64,000 nt of DNA, taken from positions 1 to 64,000 of the forward strand of contig CAVZZO010000001.1 in NCBI GenBank assembly GCA_963779755.1, read 5' to 3'. Position 1 is the stretch's first letter, and the number at the start of each line of letters is the position of its first letter. The stretch is from an uncultured Gemmatimonadales bacterium (GTDB lineage: Bacteria > Gemmatimonadota > Gemmatimonadetes > Gemmatimonadales > GWC2-71-9). Position numbers and translations under genes: made by a program. The notes under the pieces are model-generated. The model worked only from the letters and a program-made list of their open reading frames with translations. It had not been told where the DNA came from and did no database searches. Shown here in pieces: positions 1 through 13,466 of this stretch.

Positions 1-825
1 TCGCCGCTTTTCGCTGGAGGCCAGCGATTAACAGCCGCGTCGAACCAATCCCCAGACAGCGAAGCGGCACACCGTTCTCGGCATGAAGCGCGATGGTCCC
101 ACCACTGAACGAGACGGAATGAACATCGAGCATGGCCCTAATGTTCTCGCCGACGGGAATGCCAAGTTCCTTCGCCGTCTCCGCCACGATGCCCAACGCC
201 CCCCCCAGTTGACCCTGCGCTTCCTGGCCGAACGCGGTCCGGGCATCGCGGGCGGCCTTGGCCAAGGCCGCCGACGCATCCGCACGTTCCTCCGAGACGC
301 GATTCAATACGGAGCCGCGGCGCCAGCCCAGATGATATTCGGCCATCACCCCAATACGTGTTGGAGCCAGCCGCAAGCGGTCACCCCAGTGCAGGTTGCG
401 CGTCAAGTCCTGCGCTTCCGCTCGCTCAGACGCCAGAGTCCATTCCGGCTCCAAGTCACTCGCGACGTTAAGTCTCACCGTCAGCACAGTTTCCAACGTC
501 TTCTCGGGTTCGTCCTCAAGCGCTCCGGTGTCGGGGTCAAAGCCCCTCACGTACATGCCGTAAGAATCGAGGTTCTTCAGTGCCTCGTCGAGCTCCCCGA
601 GCGTGACCTCGATGGATATTGGTTTTTCCACATCGAGCAAATGAAAGTCCGCATCAGTGAACTGGACGTTCCGGCGCGCTCCGAGACACAGGTCGATGGC
701 GTCAAGAATCGATGATTTACCGTTATCTCCTGGACCAAGCAGGCAGTTGATCCCAGAAGAGGGATACCATTCCAAGTGGCGAATTCCCCTGAAATGAGTG
801 ATCTCCACTTTGCGGATTCTTGGCA

Positions 826-826
<1 letters not shown>
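1..826 (-). CDS. OLD-family ATP-dependent endonuclease (ABC-ATPase N-terminus), runs off window
   Basis: Absent from the ORF track because it has no stop in the window. Manual translation from ATG at 826: MPRIRKVEITHFRGIRHLEW..NCLLGPGDNGKSSILDAIDLCLG.. (Walker A), open to base 1, ending ..LGIGSTRLLIAGLQRK (ABC signature-like). TGATG overlap with the hsdS stop. Confidence 0.8.
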
Positions 827-3739
<2,913 letters not shown>

Positions 3740-3859
3740 CTCCTGACAGATTCCACGCCGGAATATTCGCCACAGGGTTGAGCAGGTCTCTGATGGGCTT
3801 TCGGGGTATTCTGCAGCCGATTCTCAAACCCGCAAGGGGCTCGGGCTGGCCCGTCCCGT

Positions 3860-3990
3860 CCTACACCACTCTCCACCACGGCACGGCGAGAACATACAGC
3901 GCCAGCCACTCCAGCGTGGTTCCCGTGTGCAGCAGCAGGCGGGCCCGGGCGCGTGCCCGAAGGGATAGGTCGCCTGCCCGGTTTCACCGG
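3860..3990 (-). pseudogene. Decayed 3' end of a gene (..LLHTGTTLEWLALYVLAVPWWRVV*), resembling the C-terminus of AAA/DUF4143 ATPases; copy 1
   Basis: About 75-bp near-direct repeat with 6604-6680; family assignment is from recall only. Confidence 0.45.
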
Positions 3991-4138
3991 GATCTGCTGC
4001 CGCTAGCAGCCGTCGACGACTCGAGCCGACCTGGCAGTTCGTAGCGCGGGCTTTCAAGGAGGCTCTCCCCCCCGGGGGGAGGGTGGGGCGTTGCCACGGC
4101 CCTTCCGATCATCTGCCCCCCCTACTGAAGCACAAGGT

Positions 4139-4533
4139 TCACGACGGCGGTGTCACTGGTGCTGCCGTCGAATCAAAATGCACAGTCACCCCGATGACGC
4201 TGTCGGACGAGAGCGTCGAGCCGGGCCCTGGGATTGCTTTGACGTCTACGATTCCGTCAAAAGGAACCATGGCAACGGTGGGGGTTGGCGCATAGGTGCC
4301 GTTGGAATCAGTGATGTCCACGTCAGTACCGAGAAATATGCGACCGCCAGCGCGAGCATCATAGTGAGTTTCCCGAACAGTGGCCCCAGCAACTGGTGAT
4401 CCCGCACCATCTCTGACCGTCCCCTCAACCCTTACCCGCACTGATGTAAGGTCTATCGTAGTGCTCTGGCCACACGCACTCATTGGAATCATGCTGATGA
4501 GCAGGCAGACCAGCGAAATTCATCTATTCTCCA
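4139..4533 (-). CDS. Small putative lipoprotein with carboxypeptidase-regulatory-like beta fold; start likely frameshifted
   Basis: ISLVCLLISMIPMSAC lipobox-like segment; VEGTVRDGAGSPVAGATV..TDSNGTY motif. Confidence 0.5.
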
Positions 4534-4556
4534 TAGCCTGGGCCCCCCTTTGATGA

Positions 4557-6325
4557 TCATTGACCGTAAAGATCATTGAGCCACTGAGCCCGGATAAGCG
4601 ACTGGCTCCAAGTGCCGGGCTCTGCTGCACCTTCATAGAAGGACGATGGATCAGGGAAACGGGTCACGAAATAGATGCTGGAATTCTCGACTCCTGGTCT
4701 ATCTGGCGCTCGAAACAGTACACGAGGTGGTCAATTCCATTTGCTCTCACTGATCCGTCCACCTTACACGTCTTGACAATATCAGAGACATACTTCCCGG
4801 AATACTGGATCGCATCATCGTCACCATCGGCCTGATTCGAGGCGCCGTCTGGCTCGTTCGGACCGTCAACGAGATCGTAGAAGAAGGCAGCGACGGCACC
4901 CTCTATAATGGAACCATCAGAAGACTGGTTGACCGGCTGATGCTGGCTATTGTAGATCCAACCTGGATAATAGGAGTTGTGTTCAATGCTATAATCGGAG
5001 CCGAATGATGACGTTAAGATTGGCCCGGCGGTGTATGCGGCATGAAAATCCGCGAAGCCCTCTGAGTAAGCACACTTGAGATTGATGGCAGCATTCAGCG
5101 TGTGCCATGAGCAGGTACCAGACGCCGCGTTTCCCCCGAGTGCCTTTTCGTGTCCGGCGTGGCCATACTCGTGAGGCACAACGAATGTGCCATACGAGCC
5201 TGGGACATCTGAAGCACCCAAATAGATCCTGTCCTCACCAGATGTATAGTACGAGCCACTGCCACTTGGAATGTGCACGCCAATGGCCCCTCGACTGTAC
5301 TGCAGCAGTGCACGAGAACGGGACCGTATAGTTCAAAACATTGTAGACTTTGGCCGCCTTGTTGTTCACAAATATGTCGTAGTGAGATCCGTCAGATTCT
5401 CCGCCACCGAAGTAGCCGACGGCACTAGGATTCTGAATATTGACTACTGCATTTGCAAGTGACACAGTGCCGTAGTAGCCAAGGCCATATCCAGTACATA
5501 CGGCGAATTCGCCATTTGCGTCAGATGTTGTGTTAATGCTACCAACCACGTTCCCTGTCCAATCCTCTGTGATGTCACCCTGCACGACTGCCCCCGGGAT
5601 AATCCGAAAGACCGAGGTTGTGTCGAGATCTTGATACATTACTCGCCAGACGTCGCATTCCCCTGTAAGCACAGCTGAACTTGGAGACCCCTGTAGTCCA
5701 CGCCTAGGCTGCTGGCGCCCGAGAACTATTATGGAGGCGTCGTCGAATACCGCAGGATAAAATCAACCGATTCGTGCCCACCTCCCCTGTCTACCAGTAT
5801 CCAAAGATCCTGCCTAACAACACTCTGGATGGCATTTGGCTGGAAGCTGCTAGTTGATCGATCGACCTCCGGACTTGGACGTACCTCTGCAACAACATGG
5901 TAGTAGCCAGGGAATGAAAATCGTGTTTCCCCCGTCGCCGTGAAGACTTCGCCTGAATCCAGCTCAACCCTTTGAGAAAGGACTGGGGATATGACATTGC
6001 TGCCCACAGCAATGGGTCTCGTGCCCTTGGCGGTAGCCTCCCATTCCGGCATGTAAAGCAAGACGTCTGCCTCGGAATGGTCCAAATTGGCTATGACAGT
6101 AATGTCGAAGAAGATGTCTGAATCTGGTGAGTAAGGACCTCGGGTTCCAGTCTGGACCGAATAGCGTTGAATGGGATGAAGGTCAGGGTACTCCCCAAGC
6201 TGGTGTTCGGTAGCTCGTGGCGTCTTCTGACCCGTTGTTGGACCAACAGACGAGTCATGGTGGCAGCTCGTGGTGAGTAGGGCAGTAGCAGTCACGAGTG
6301 CAAGCACCGAAAGAAAATCTTTCAT
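4557..6325 (-). CDS. Lower-GC secreted lipoprotein with HExxH zinc-metalloprotease motif, split by frameshifts
   Basis: MKDFLSVLALVTATALLTTSC lipobox; PHEYGH followed by AYSEGFA (gluzincin-like). ORFs 5729-6460, 5235-5672 and 4664-5278 are collinear, and a further frame continues to a stop at 4557. Confidence 0.6.
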
Positions 6326-6603
6326 AAACCCTCCATCAGAGGAACAACGAGAGACCCTAAAATTGCCTGCTGACGGAGGCTGTACCGAGACCCTTCTTGC
6401 GACAGAGAGGCACTGAAATGCGACACGGTTTTGCCGATATTTCTGGTCGGCTTTGTCCAACCGCGACAGACAATCGAGAAGCGATTGTACGGGGCGGGCA
6501 TTCTACTGCACGCTAGTGTTTCAGTGAGGGCGGATATATGTAACAGGTGGCGGGGATGGTGGGAGAGTGGGCAAACCCAAGCTGAGAGGGATATCGGAAG
6601 CCG

Positions 6604-6745
6604 GCTACACCACTCTCCACCATGGCACGGCGAGCACATTCGGCGCCAGCCATTCGAGCATGGTTCCCATGTGCAGCAGTCCGCACCGGGGGGCGTGCCG
6701 TATTCCGCCCGGAACGACCGCGGCGAAGCGGAGGCGCTGCATTCC
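6604..6745 (-). pseudogene. Second decayed 3' end (..FRAEYG..LLHMGTMLEWLAPNVLAVPWWRVV*)
   Basis: Direct repeat of 3860-3935 encoding the same peptide end. Confidence 0.45.
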
Positions 6746-6747
6746 CC

Positions 6748-7350
6748 CTAGCACCTCAGCCGCCTCGATCCGATCACCCAGAGCCTGGACTGCTGAAGGA
6801 CGCGCTCCACGAATCCCCGGGTTCGCTGTCGCCGATTGAACTCCTTGACCCCGTAGATGGTCGGATTCACCGCCCGGCCGAGCGTCGTTTCGGCCGGCTG
6901 CAGCGCCTGGTAGAGCGCGGCATAGTCCAGGTCATCCCCGATGATCATCAGGTCCACGTCGCTACCGGCAGTCTCGCTGCCCCTGGCGACCGATCCATAC
7001 ACGAAGGCGCCGGTGATCCGGTCGGCGAACGGCGCCAGCGCGGCCTGGAGCGGCGCGGCCAGCCCCACCGTCTTGGCGATCAGCCCCCGCAATTCCGGGA
7101 AGATCGGCGACGAGGCATTGGCCCGATAGTGTTTCTGGTTACCAATCCGGGTGACGGTCACCAGACCCGCCGCCGCCAGCCGAGTCAGCACGCGATGCAC
7201 CGCGCCGGCTCCGGATCGCGCCATGCGGATCAACTCGGCGCTCTGGAAGCTTCGATCGGGCTGGCCGAACAGAAGCCCCAGGACACGAAGTTCCACGGTC
7301 GAGAACAGCGCCTCTGCGAGGGCGGAGCGGGCACCAGCCTCAATTCCCAT
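6748..7350 (-). CDS. Winged-HTH + minimal nucleotidyltransferase (MNT antitoxin-like)
   Basis: N-terminal HTH region; AFVYGSVARG..SDVDLMIIG (GS..DxD motif). Confidence 0.8.
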   Translation of the reverse strand: MGIEAGARSALAEALFSTVELRVLGLLFGQPDRSFQSAELIRMARSGAGAVHRVLTRLAAAGLVTVTRIGNQKHYRANASSPIFPELRGLIAKTVGLAAPLQAALAPFADRITGAFVYGSVARGSETAGSDVDLMIIGDDLDYAALYQALQPAETTLGRAVNPTIYGVKEFNRRQRTRGFVERVLQQSRLWVIGSRRLRC

Positions 7351-7380
7351 ATTGGGAATAATCATTCCCAAATTGGGAAT
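7343..7380. promoter_or_regulatory. Two tandem palindromes ATTCCCA-N3-TGGGAAT over the MNT start (probable autorepression operators)
   Basis: attcccatattgggaat at 7343-7359 and attcccaaattgggaat at 7364-7380. Confidence 0.65.
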
Positions 7381-7550
7381 GCGCAAGAGCCGCGGTAAGG
7401 CGGTAGCGGCGGTACGAGCGGGAACCCCGATCCATGCTATCGCCGGCCTGCAATACAGATCTCAGACGGCCCCATATTACAGCCAGGCTGAGACACGCCC
7501 CTCCCATCCTCCAATCCCCAATCCTGAATCCTGAATCTCACTCTCTGGCA

Positions 7551-7626
7551 TTGCCACCTCCCTTACTTCGGCATATATTCGGTTCCTGTGAAGCCGAATA
7601 CACACCGAAGCAAGGCAGGTGCCCAT
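7551..7626 (+). promoter_or_regulatory. Orphan copy A of the mutagenesis-operon promoter/operator
   Basis: TTGCCA-N17-TATATT; TTCGG-N6-TTCGG-N11-CCGAA-N6-CCGAA; ends GCAAGGCAGGTGCCCAT like copies B and C, but no gene follows. Confidence 0.6.
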
Positions 7627-7645
7627 ATTTTCCTGGGTCCTTCCG

Positions 7646-8855
7646 TTACCCCTTTCCGTCCTGCACCGGCTCCCCTGCCTCCAGCGCTTCCAGCAGTTCC
7701 AGCAAGCCACTCGCTTCCCAGGATTGATTCTTCTTCGAGGTCGCAAGCGGGATCAACACTCCGGCCGTCTGTAACTGATCCAGCGCCTGATATATCGGTA
7801 CCCTGGACCGTCCGGTCGCCGCCGCCGCGACCGGGGCCGTGATGACCGGGTGCGCCGGGAGCACGTCGATCACCGCCCACGCCGCGGCGTCCGCCCGCGG
7901 GGCGCACCGTCGCGAGCCGCGTCACGCCAGGACGCCAGCAGCGCTCTCGACTCGGCGAGGTACGCGCCGGCGAGGTGCGCCGAGCGCGCCGCCGCGGCCG
8001 CAAAGTGCTCCAGCCAGCCCGACCACGCCGCCTCCCCGGTAGCGCGTCAGCCCCGCGATGTACTCGATCCCGCGAGACGCCAGCACCACGCTGATCGGCG
8101 GCACGTACGCCGGTGCCAGGCCGCGCCGGCGCAGGACCACGTGGATGAGCGCCCGGCCGGTGCGGCCGTTGCCGTCGTCGAAGGGGTGGATCGTCTCGAA
8201 CTGCGCGTGAACCAGCGCCGCCGAGACCAGCGGCGGGAGACGACTCGCTCGACGACCGCCTGCACAGATCCGTCCAGGAGCCTCGGCCACGTCCTCCGGC
8301 GGGCGGCGGCACAAAGTCGGCCCCGCACGGATTGTAGTCGTTCCCGCCGATCCAGTTCTGGTCGGCACGGAAGCGGCCGGCAATTGCTTTTCTTGTATCC
8401 TGCTCCATAAGGCGGCGATGGATAGCGAGAACTTCCGGTTCACCGAAGTGGGGTACCGCGGCAGCCTCACTGATTGCGGTTTCCATGGCGGACATGTTGG
8501 CCAGGATTTCGGCCGCGGTCTGGCTCCTCCTCCCGCCTGTCTCCATTCGGGCCTCGGCCCGGGCAAGTTCCCGAACACCCATCTGCATGCCCTCGACCTT
8601 CGAGGACGCAATGGACTCCGTCCTGAGGAGGAGCCGTGCCAAAGGAACGAGAGCCGGCTGTGCCGTAGTATTGAGCGCCCTGATGGCAGCTTCCGCCTCC
8701 GAAACGAGACCGGCCGCCTCAGCGGGAAGGCTCACGTTGAGCAAGCGAAGCTCATCCGGTACGAATGCTTCGTACCGGCAGGCCCGTTTGTACCTCGCCG
8801 GAGCGTCAATCGTTGGGTTGTATTCCCACGTTCTCGGGACGAGGCGACCTGGCAT
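7646..8855 (-). CDS. Fic family protein with C-terminal HTH, frameshifted
   Basis: LLRTESIASSKVEG; HAQFETIHPFDDGNGRTGR Fic motif in a second frame; C-terminus in a third frame (7646-7873). Confidence 0.85.
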
Positions 8856-8879
8856 GTCGAACTCCGGACAGGCTGAAAA

Positions 8880-8943
8880 TATGGCTTAACCGCTAAACCA
8901 TACTTTGGCGATATTAGTAGTATGGTTTATTGTCTAAGCCATA
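8880..8943. promoter_or_regulatory. Two palindromic operators TATGGYTTA-N5-TAARCCATA upstream of fic
   Basis: tatggctta-accgc-taaaccata (8880-8902) and tatggttta-ttgtc-taagccata (8921-8943). Confidence 0.65.
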
Positions 8944-9024
8944 CTTTGACCGGCTTCATAGTAGGGCTTCCTGCCATCCATCGGAAGGGCCTTTTTCCCC
9001 AATCCTGAATCTTCCTCCCCCGCA

Positions 9025-9098
9025 TTGACGCCCGTCTCGTCTTCGGCATATATTCGGTTCCCGGAAGCCGAATATCCACCGAAGCAAGGCAGGTGCCC
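9025..9098 (+). promoter_or_regulatory. Copy B of the mutagenesis-operon promoter/operator
   Basis: TTGACG-N18-TATATT; TTCGG-N6-TTCGG-N10-CCGAA-N6-CCGAA. Confidence 0.65.
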
Positions 9099-9254
9099 AT
9101 GCCCCCCGCTCCCTCCCCCTCCCCCCGCCAGCCCGCTGAGAGCAATCCGCTAACCTACTACCGGATAAAGGTTTGTCCCGAGTGCTCCGGGCCGGTGGTG
9201 CGGAACTCCGGGTGCATGCACTGCCTGCAGTGCGGGTGGGGGAGATGCGAATGA
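9099..9254 (+). CDS. 51-aa Zn-ribbon protein (copy 1, no insertion)
   Basis: Manual translation: MPPAPSPSPRQPAESNPLTYYRIKVCPECSGPVVRNSGCMHCLQCGWGRCE; ATGA overlap with the next ORF; below the ORF-track size cutoff. Confidence 0.7.
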   Translation: MPPAPSPSPRQPAESNPLTYYRIKVCPECSGPVVRNSGCMHCLQCGWGRCE

Positions 9255-9685
9255 AGGCGGTACGGCGGTACGGCGGTACGGCGGTAGGGGAGCCGAAGGA
9301 AGACTCCCGGGTCGCGGTACGGCGGTACGGCGGTACGGCGGTAGGGGAGCCGAAGGAAGACTCCCGGGCCGCCAGCCAGCCGGACCTGGACCCGGAAAGC
9401 TCGATGGGGCGCTCCCGGAAGGCGGGAGGGTGGGAGGGCGGGAAGGCGGGAAGCGAGGCGCCAGTCGAGCGCCGAGGTCATCCTTCGCTCCGGGCCGCCA
9501 GCCAGCCTGAACCTACTCCGGGCCTCCGCGCAGGGCGCTCCCTGCCGGTCCTGGAAGATGGGAAAGGCGCGCTGGCGGTTCGGGGCGAAGCGCCTCCCGC
9601 CTTCCCGCCTTCCCGCCCTCCCGCCGCTGTTCCTACCGCCGTACCGCCCTACCGCCGTACCGCCGTTGTTCCTCCCGCCTTCCCG
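9251..9685 (+). pseudogene. Truncated duplicate of the radical SAM 5' repeat-rich leader
   Basis: Near-identical to 14485-14690 (AVRRYGGTAVGEPKEDSR x2, GRSLPVLEDGKGALAVR), with extra repeat tracts. Confidence 0.7.
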
Positions 9686-10269
9686 CGGGGTACGGTGCCG
9701 CGCGGCCCCCGGGTTGTGCCCACGGGCCCTAATCACGTCTGGGCCATGGACTTTGTGCACGATACCCTGGCCGACGGCCGCGCCATCCGGGTGCTCACGC
9801 TGATCGACAGCTGCACCCGAGAGTGCCTGACCCTCACTGTCGCCCCGCGGTTCACGGGGGCGGACGTCGCGCGGATCGTGGGGGCCGTCGGGGCGGCCTG
9901 CGGTCTGCCGCAGCGCATCGCGGTCGATAACGGGACGGAGTTTACGTCGAAGGCGTTCGACGCGTGGGCCTACTGGAACCACGTGCAGCTCGATTTCAGC
10001 CGCCCCGGCAAACCGGTGGACAACTGTCTGATCGAGGCGTTCAACGGATCCCTGCGGCGCGAGTGCCTCTCGCAACACTGGTTTGCGTCCCCGCACGAAG
10101 CCCAACAGATTCTCTCCCAGTGGCGGGAGGACTACAACAACGTTCGGCCGCACACGAGCTTTGCCCACCGCTCGCCGGCCATGCTGACCCAGGGTGGGCA
10201 CTACATCCCAGGCCCCAACCGCCTGCCGAACTGCGACTTCTAGTGGTCCTACTTTGGGGAGACCCGCCA
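9685..10269 (+). mobile_element. IS3-family remnant (OrfB integrase core and right end)
   Basis: PNHVWAMDFVHD..LIDSCTRECL..DNGTEF..PGKPVDNCLIEAFNGSLRRECL..YNNVRPH DDE core; IS3-like terminus ending ..CA at about 10269; OrfA/HTH missing. Confidence 0.85.
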
Positions 10270-10343
10270 TCCTGACGAGGAGTCCAACAATAACTGGAGC
10301 AGGTTTCGGGGGTCAGCTCAAGTTCGCGCGTGATCAACGAACC

Positions 10344-10760
10344 TTAGCTAGTATATGAACTCAAGAAGACGAAATTCTTGTCGAATACCACATTTATGCC
10401 CCATTCCCCTGCCAGCTCCAGTGGATCGCGCACTACGTATACAGTGTTAACTTTGATTACGTAGACATGACGCCCACCAGGTGGTGGCGCGGTGCCTACT
10501 GCTTGTTGGTAGGCAGCCGCGGCCTGGACACATACCGCCTCATCGGTCACGTAAGAGATCTTGTTGGCTTGGGTGGAGGGGATTCCATACCTCTGACGCC
10601 GCGCAACGTACTCGGAGTCCGAGCTCGTAGCCACCAGAGTGAGCCACGCGATATCATTAGCGCTCACGTCGTCCGCTGGGAGACAAGTCTGAGCATGTAG
10701 GGGGACCGCAAGTCCACTCAGCACGGCGCACATGATTACGCCGATGAGTCCTTTTGCCAT
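10344..10760 (-). CDS. Small secreted protein with two Cys in the mature part (possible immunity/partner)
   Basis: GGAGG RBS; signal peptide MAKGLIGVIMCAVLSGLAVPLHA-Q; starts 17 nt after the stop of the 491-aa gene. Confidence 0.65.
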   Translation of the reverse strand: MAKGLIGVIMCAVLSGLAVPLHAQTCLPADDVSANDIAWLTLVATSSDSEYVARRQRYGIPSTQANKISYVTDEAVCVQAAAAYQQAVGTAPPPGGRHVYVIKVNTVYVVRDPLELAGEWGINVVFDKNFVFLSSYTS

Positions 10761-10777
10761 ACCACCTCCAGAAGTAG

Positions 10778-12253
10778 TTACCACGTGCAGCTCGAAGTGG
10801 CGTGATCCCAGACGTTAGGGTTGGCAAGTTGCTCGCTGAGCGGGGTGCCGGGATCAAGCCGCCAAACGCGCGTTTTATCAAAGGTGTACATGGGGAAGAG
10901 CGGATTACCGAGAGCCCCCAGGTCGTTGTTCAAACGGCTCAAAGCGACCCAATCGTTCCCGCTCCCACCCCCATTCGGAAGGGGCTCAAAGTCTGTAGGA
11001 ATGATTGGCCTCGTGCCACACACCGTGATCGAATCACCATCGAAATACGGATGAGTATGGTACACAGCTATCAGGATCTCTCCAGGGTTACCGGCCGGCC
11101 GTAAGTATTCTCGACCGCAGTTATCGGCTGTAATCAGACCGCCGCTGGGATCAAACCGGATATTGCCGGTTACGGTATCTCGCCATACATTGCCACCCTG
11201 TTCGATGCGATTCCCGATGTTCGGATCACCTGGGTTAGAGTTTGCCATAGCCTGCTGTAAGAGGCTCCGGAAGGCGGGGTTGTCGAGGAGGGAGTCCCCT
11301 GTGATACAGTCAGATGTAACGCTCAAGTCATCGTAGGCAACGTAGTCATTGTCAGCGGGAACAAGTTGAATCCGGACGATTCCTACCCCACTCACTGTTA
11401 CCAAATCAGCCGTATTTACACCTGGTTTACGGTCATAGGGGACGTTCACCGATCCCACGACCGAGCCCGCCGCATTATAGGCAACAACCTGATTGCCTCT
11501 AAAATCAGAATCATAGACGGTGATCGTAACACTCCTCAGGGGAGCGGAAGACAGAATGTCAATCGGGTGCGACGGTCCGGTAAATGAGTCACTTTGAAAG
11601 CCGCCAAATGGTCCGCCGGTAACATAGGGAGAAATGTCGATCGTAATATTGCACCACGTTCCGGGCGCAGGAATAGCACAACTCCCGGGTTGCGCTGACG
11701 ACATCTGCACCCTTGGAGTCTTGATCCATGGGGTGTTGGCACTAACGATCTCGCCACCGAAAAGGTGTTGTGATAGCCGAAACGCACCGTCAGGTACGGT
11801 CGTCAGCGGCCGATTCATCTCATACCTTAGCGTAACTGATTCAGTGGTCGCGAATCGGAACACCGTCTCACCATTTAGCAATGAGCCAATGGAATATTCG
11901 TGCTCCCCAAGAGCGGAACTGACGTAGATGCGCAATGATGCGACCGCCTGCTGGAATGGCGGGTCAGCCTGCATTTGAAGAACAACGCTGTCCCCCCTCC
12001 TTCCGGCGATGGTAAACTCGGCTAGTGCCGTTAACGCAGTTGCCGAGTCCCCATTGATACCAACCCTGAATGGCCCACCGTCCTCAGCAATCAAACAGAC
12101 CATTGAACATGAGGGTCCCGCTGCCTCAGGCGAACCGGAGGTTGGTCCTGAGACAGTCTCGGTGTCTGAAAGGCACGCGGCCAGAGTAAGGGTCGTTAGC
12201 ATTGCCAATGAGGCTGTTGAAACACTCCATTGAGCCAAGGGGAATGCTTTCAT
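10778..12253 (-). CDS. Lower-GC lipoprotein with C-terminal JAB/MPN-like domain
   Basis: LTLAAC lipobox; C-terminal IEQGG..IAVYHTHP..SGND pattern. Confidence 0.6.
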   Translation of the reverse strand: MKAFPLAQWSVSTASLAMLTTLTLAACLSDTETVSGPTSGSPEAAGPSCSMVCLIAEDGGPFRVGINGDSATALTALAEFTIAGRRGDSVVLQMQADPPFQQAVASLRIYVSSALGEHEYSIGSLLNGETVFRFATTESVTLRYEMNRPLTTVPDGAFRLSQHLFGGEIVSANTPWIKTPRVQMSSAQPGSCAIPAPGTWCNITIDISPYVTGGPFGGFQSDSFTGPSHPIDILSSAPLRSVTITVYDSDFRGNQVVAYNAAGSVVGSVNVPYDRKPGVNTADLVTVSGVGIVRIQLVPADNDYVAYDDLSVTSDCITGDSLLDNPAFRSLLQQAMANSNPGDPNIGNRIEQGGNVWRDTVTGNIRFDPSGGLITADNCGREYLRPAGNPGEILIAVYHTHPYFDGDSITVCGTRPIIPTDFEPLPNGGGSGNDWVALSRLNNDLGALGNPLFPMYTFDKTRVWRLDPGTPLSEQLANPNVWDHATSSCTW

Positions 12254-12387
12254 TTGGCCTATCCCTATCCCTTGTCAAGAGACGTGCCATGTGCGAGGAA
12301 CAGCCACCAGGCAGTGGCGCGGCAGTGGCTGCTGCTACCTGTCCTTCATCGGATTACGAGGCGCGGAAGTCGCTGACCCAGACAGTC

Positions 12388-13466
12388 TGATATCAAGTTT
12401 GTAGTGCAACACTGAGCCTCATCGTGCATAGCATTCCTCCGGGGTGCGGTAGAGGAGGCGCTTCCGGGGTCGGCGGTTGAGTTTGCGGGCGAGGCGATCA
12501 CACGCGGCCTGGGTGAGGTGCGCCATAGAGTGGCCTTTCGGGAGGTACTGCCGCAGCAGGCCGTTGGTGTTCTCGTTGGTTCCGCGCTCCCAGCTGTGGT
12601 GCGGCGTGGCGAAGTAGAAGCGCGTGGCGGTCTCCCGTTCGATCGCCGCGTAGTCATGGAACTCGGTGCCGTTGTCCACGGTGATGGTGCGCACCGGGCG
12701 AGCTTCCCGATGAATCAGCTGCGTCGCCCGGCGCGTGACGGCGGTGGTCGTCCGCTGGTGGAGTTGGCCGAGCATCAGATAGCCGGTCTTCCGTTCCACC
12801 AGCGTCAGCACGCAGGGGCCGGCCTGTCCCGCGCCGAGGACGGTGTCGCCTTCCCAGTGACCGACCTGGCTGCGGCCTTCGATGATCGCAGGCCGCTCCG
12901 TGATCATCCGCTTCCCGGCCAGGCGGCCCCGGCTGTCGTAGCGCCCGTACCGTTTGCGGCGCTGCTTGCGGGCGCCGCGGAGGTGCTGGTAGAGCGTGCC
13001 GCCGTCCGCGCGGTCCGCCCAGACGTACCGATAGATCGTCTCGTGACTGATGGCGAGGTGTCCGTCCGCGGCGAGGCGGCCGGCGATCTGTTCGGGGCTC
13101 CAGTCCTCGCGCACCAGGCGTTCCACCTCCGCCCAATCCGTGGCGGTGAACCGGGTGTTGCGGCGCGAGTGGCTCCGCCGGCCCCGCGCGTACCAGTCGG
13201 CGAGCTGGGGGCGGTAGCCCCCGTCGTGGTGGGTGCGGTTGCGCCGGACCTCGCGGCCGATGGTGCTGCGGTGGCGACCGAGGAGGCGCGCGATGGCTGC
13301 CGCCGTCAGCCCCTGTCGGCGAAGCAGGCCGAGGGTGTACCGTTCAGCGGCGGTGATCTGGCGGTAGTTCATGGTCGGCTTCCTTGTCTTGGCGGACAGA
13401 GAAGTCTACTAGCTGTCAGATCACCGCTTTCGTCGCCTTCCGTTGTTGCACTTAGTATATGAATCC
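12388..13466 (-). mobile_element. IS30-family insertion sequence
   Basis: Imperfect terminal IRs sharing AGTGCAACA/TGTTGCACT flank the transposase. Confidence 0.85.
12419..13372 (-). CDS. IS30 transposase
   Basis: WSPEQI, ISHETIY, GHWEGDTV, TVDNGTEF, WERGTNENTNGLLRQY, LNRRPRK. Confidence 0.95.
   Translation of the reverse strand: MNYRQITAAERYTLGLLRRQGLTAAAIARLLGRHRSTIGREVRRNRTHHDGGYRPQLADWYARGRRSHSRRNTRFTATDWAEVERLVREDWSPEQIAGRLAADGHLAISHETIYRYVWADRADGGTLYQHLRGARKQRRKRYGRYDSRGRLAGKRMITERPAIIEGRSQVGHWEGDTVLGAGQAGPCVLTLVERKTGYLMLGQLHQRTTTAVTRRATQLIHREARPVRTITVDNGTEFHDYAAIERETATRFYFATPHHSWERGTNENTNGLLRQYLPKGHSMAHLTQAACDRLARKLNRRPRKRLLYRTPEECYAR

Noticed and set aside
83..715. 210-aa plus-strand ORF
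   Set aside because: Antisense to the OLD-family gene, which has clear ATPase motifs.
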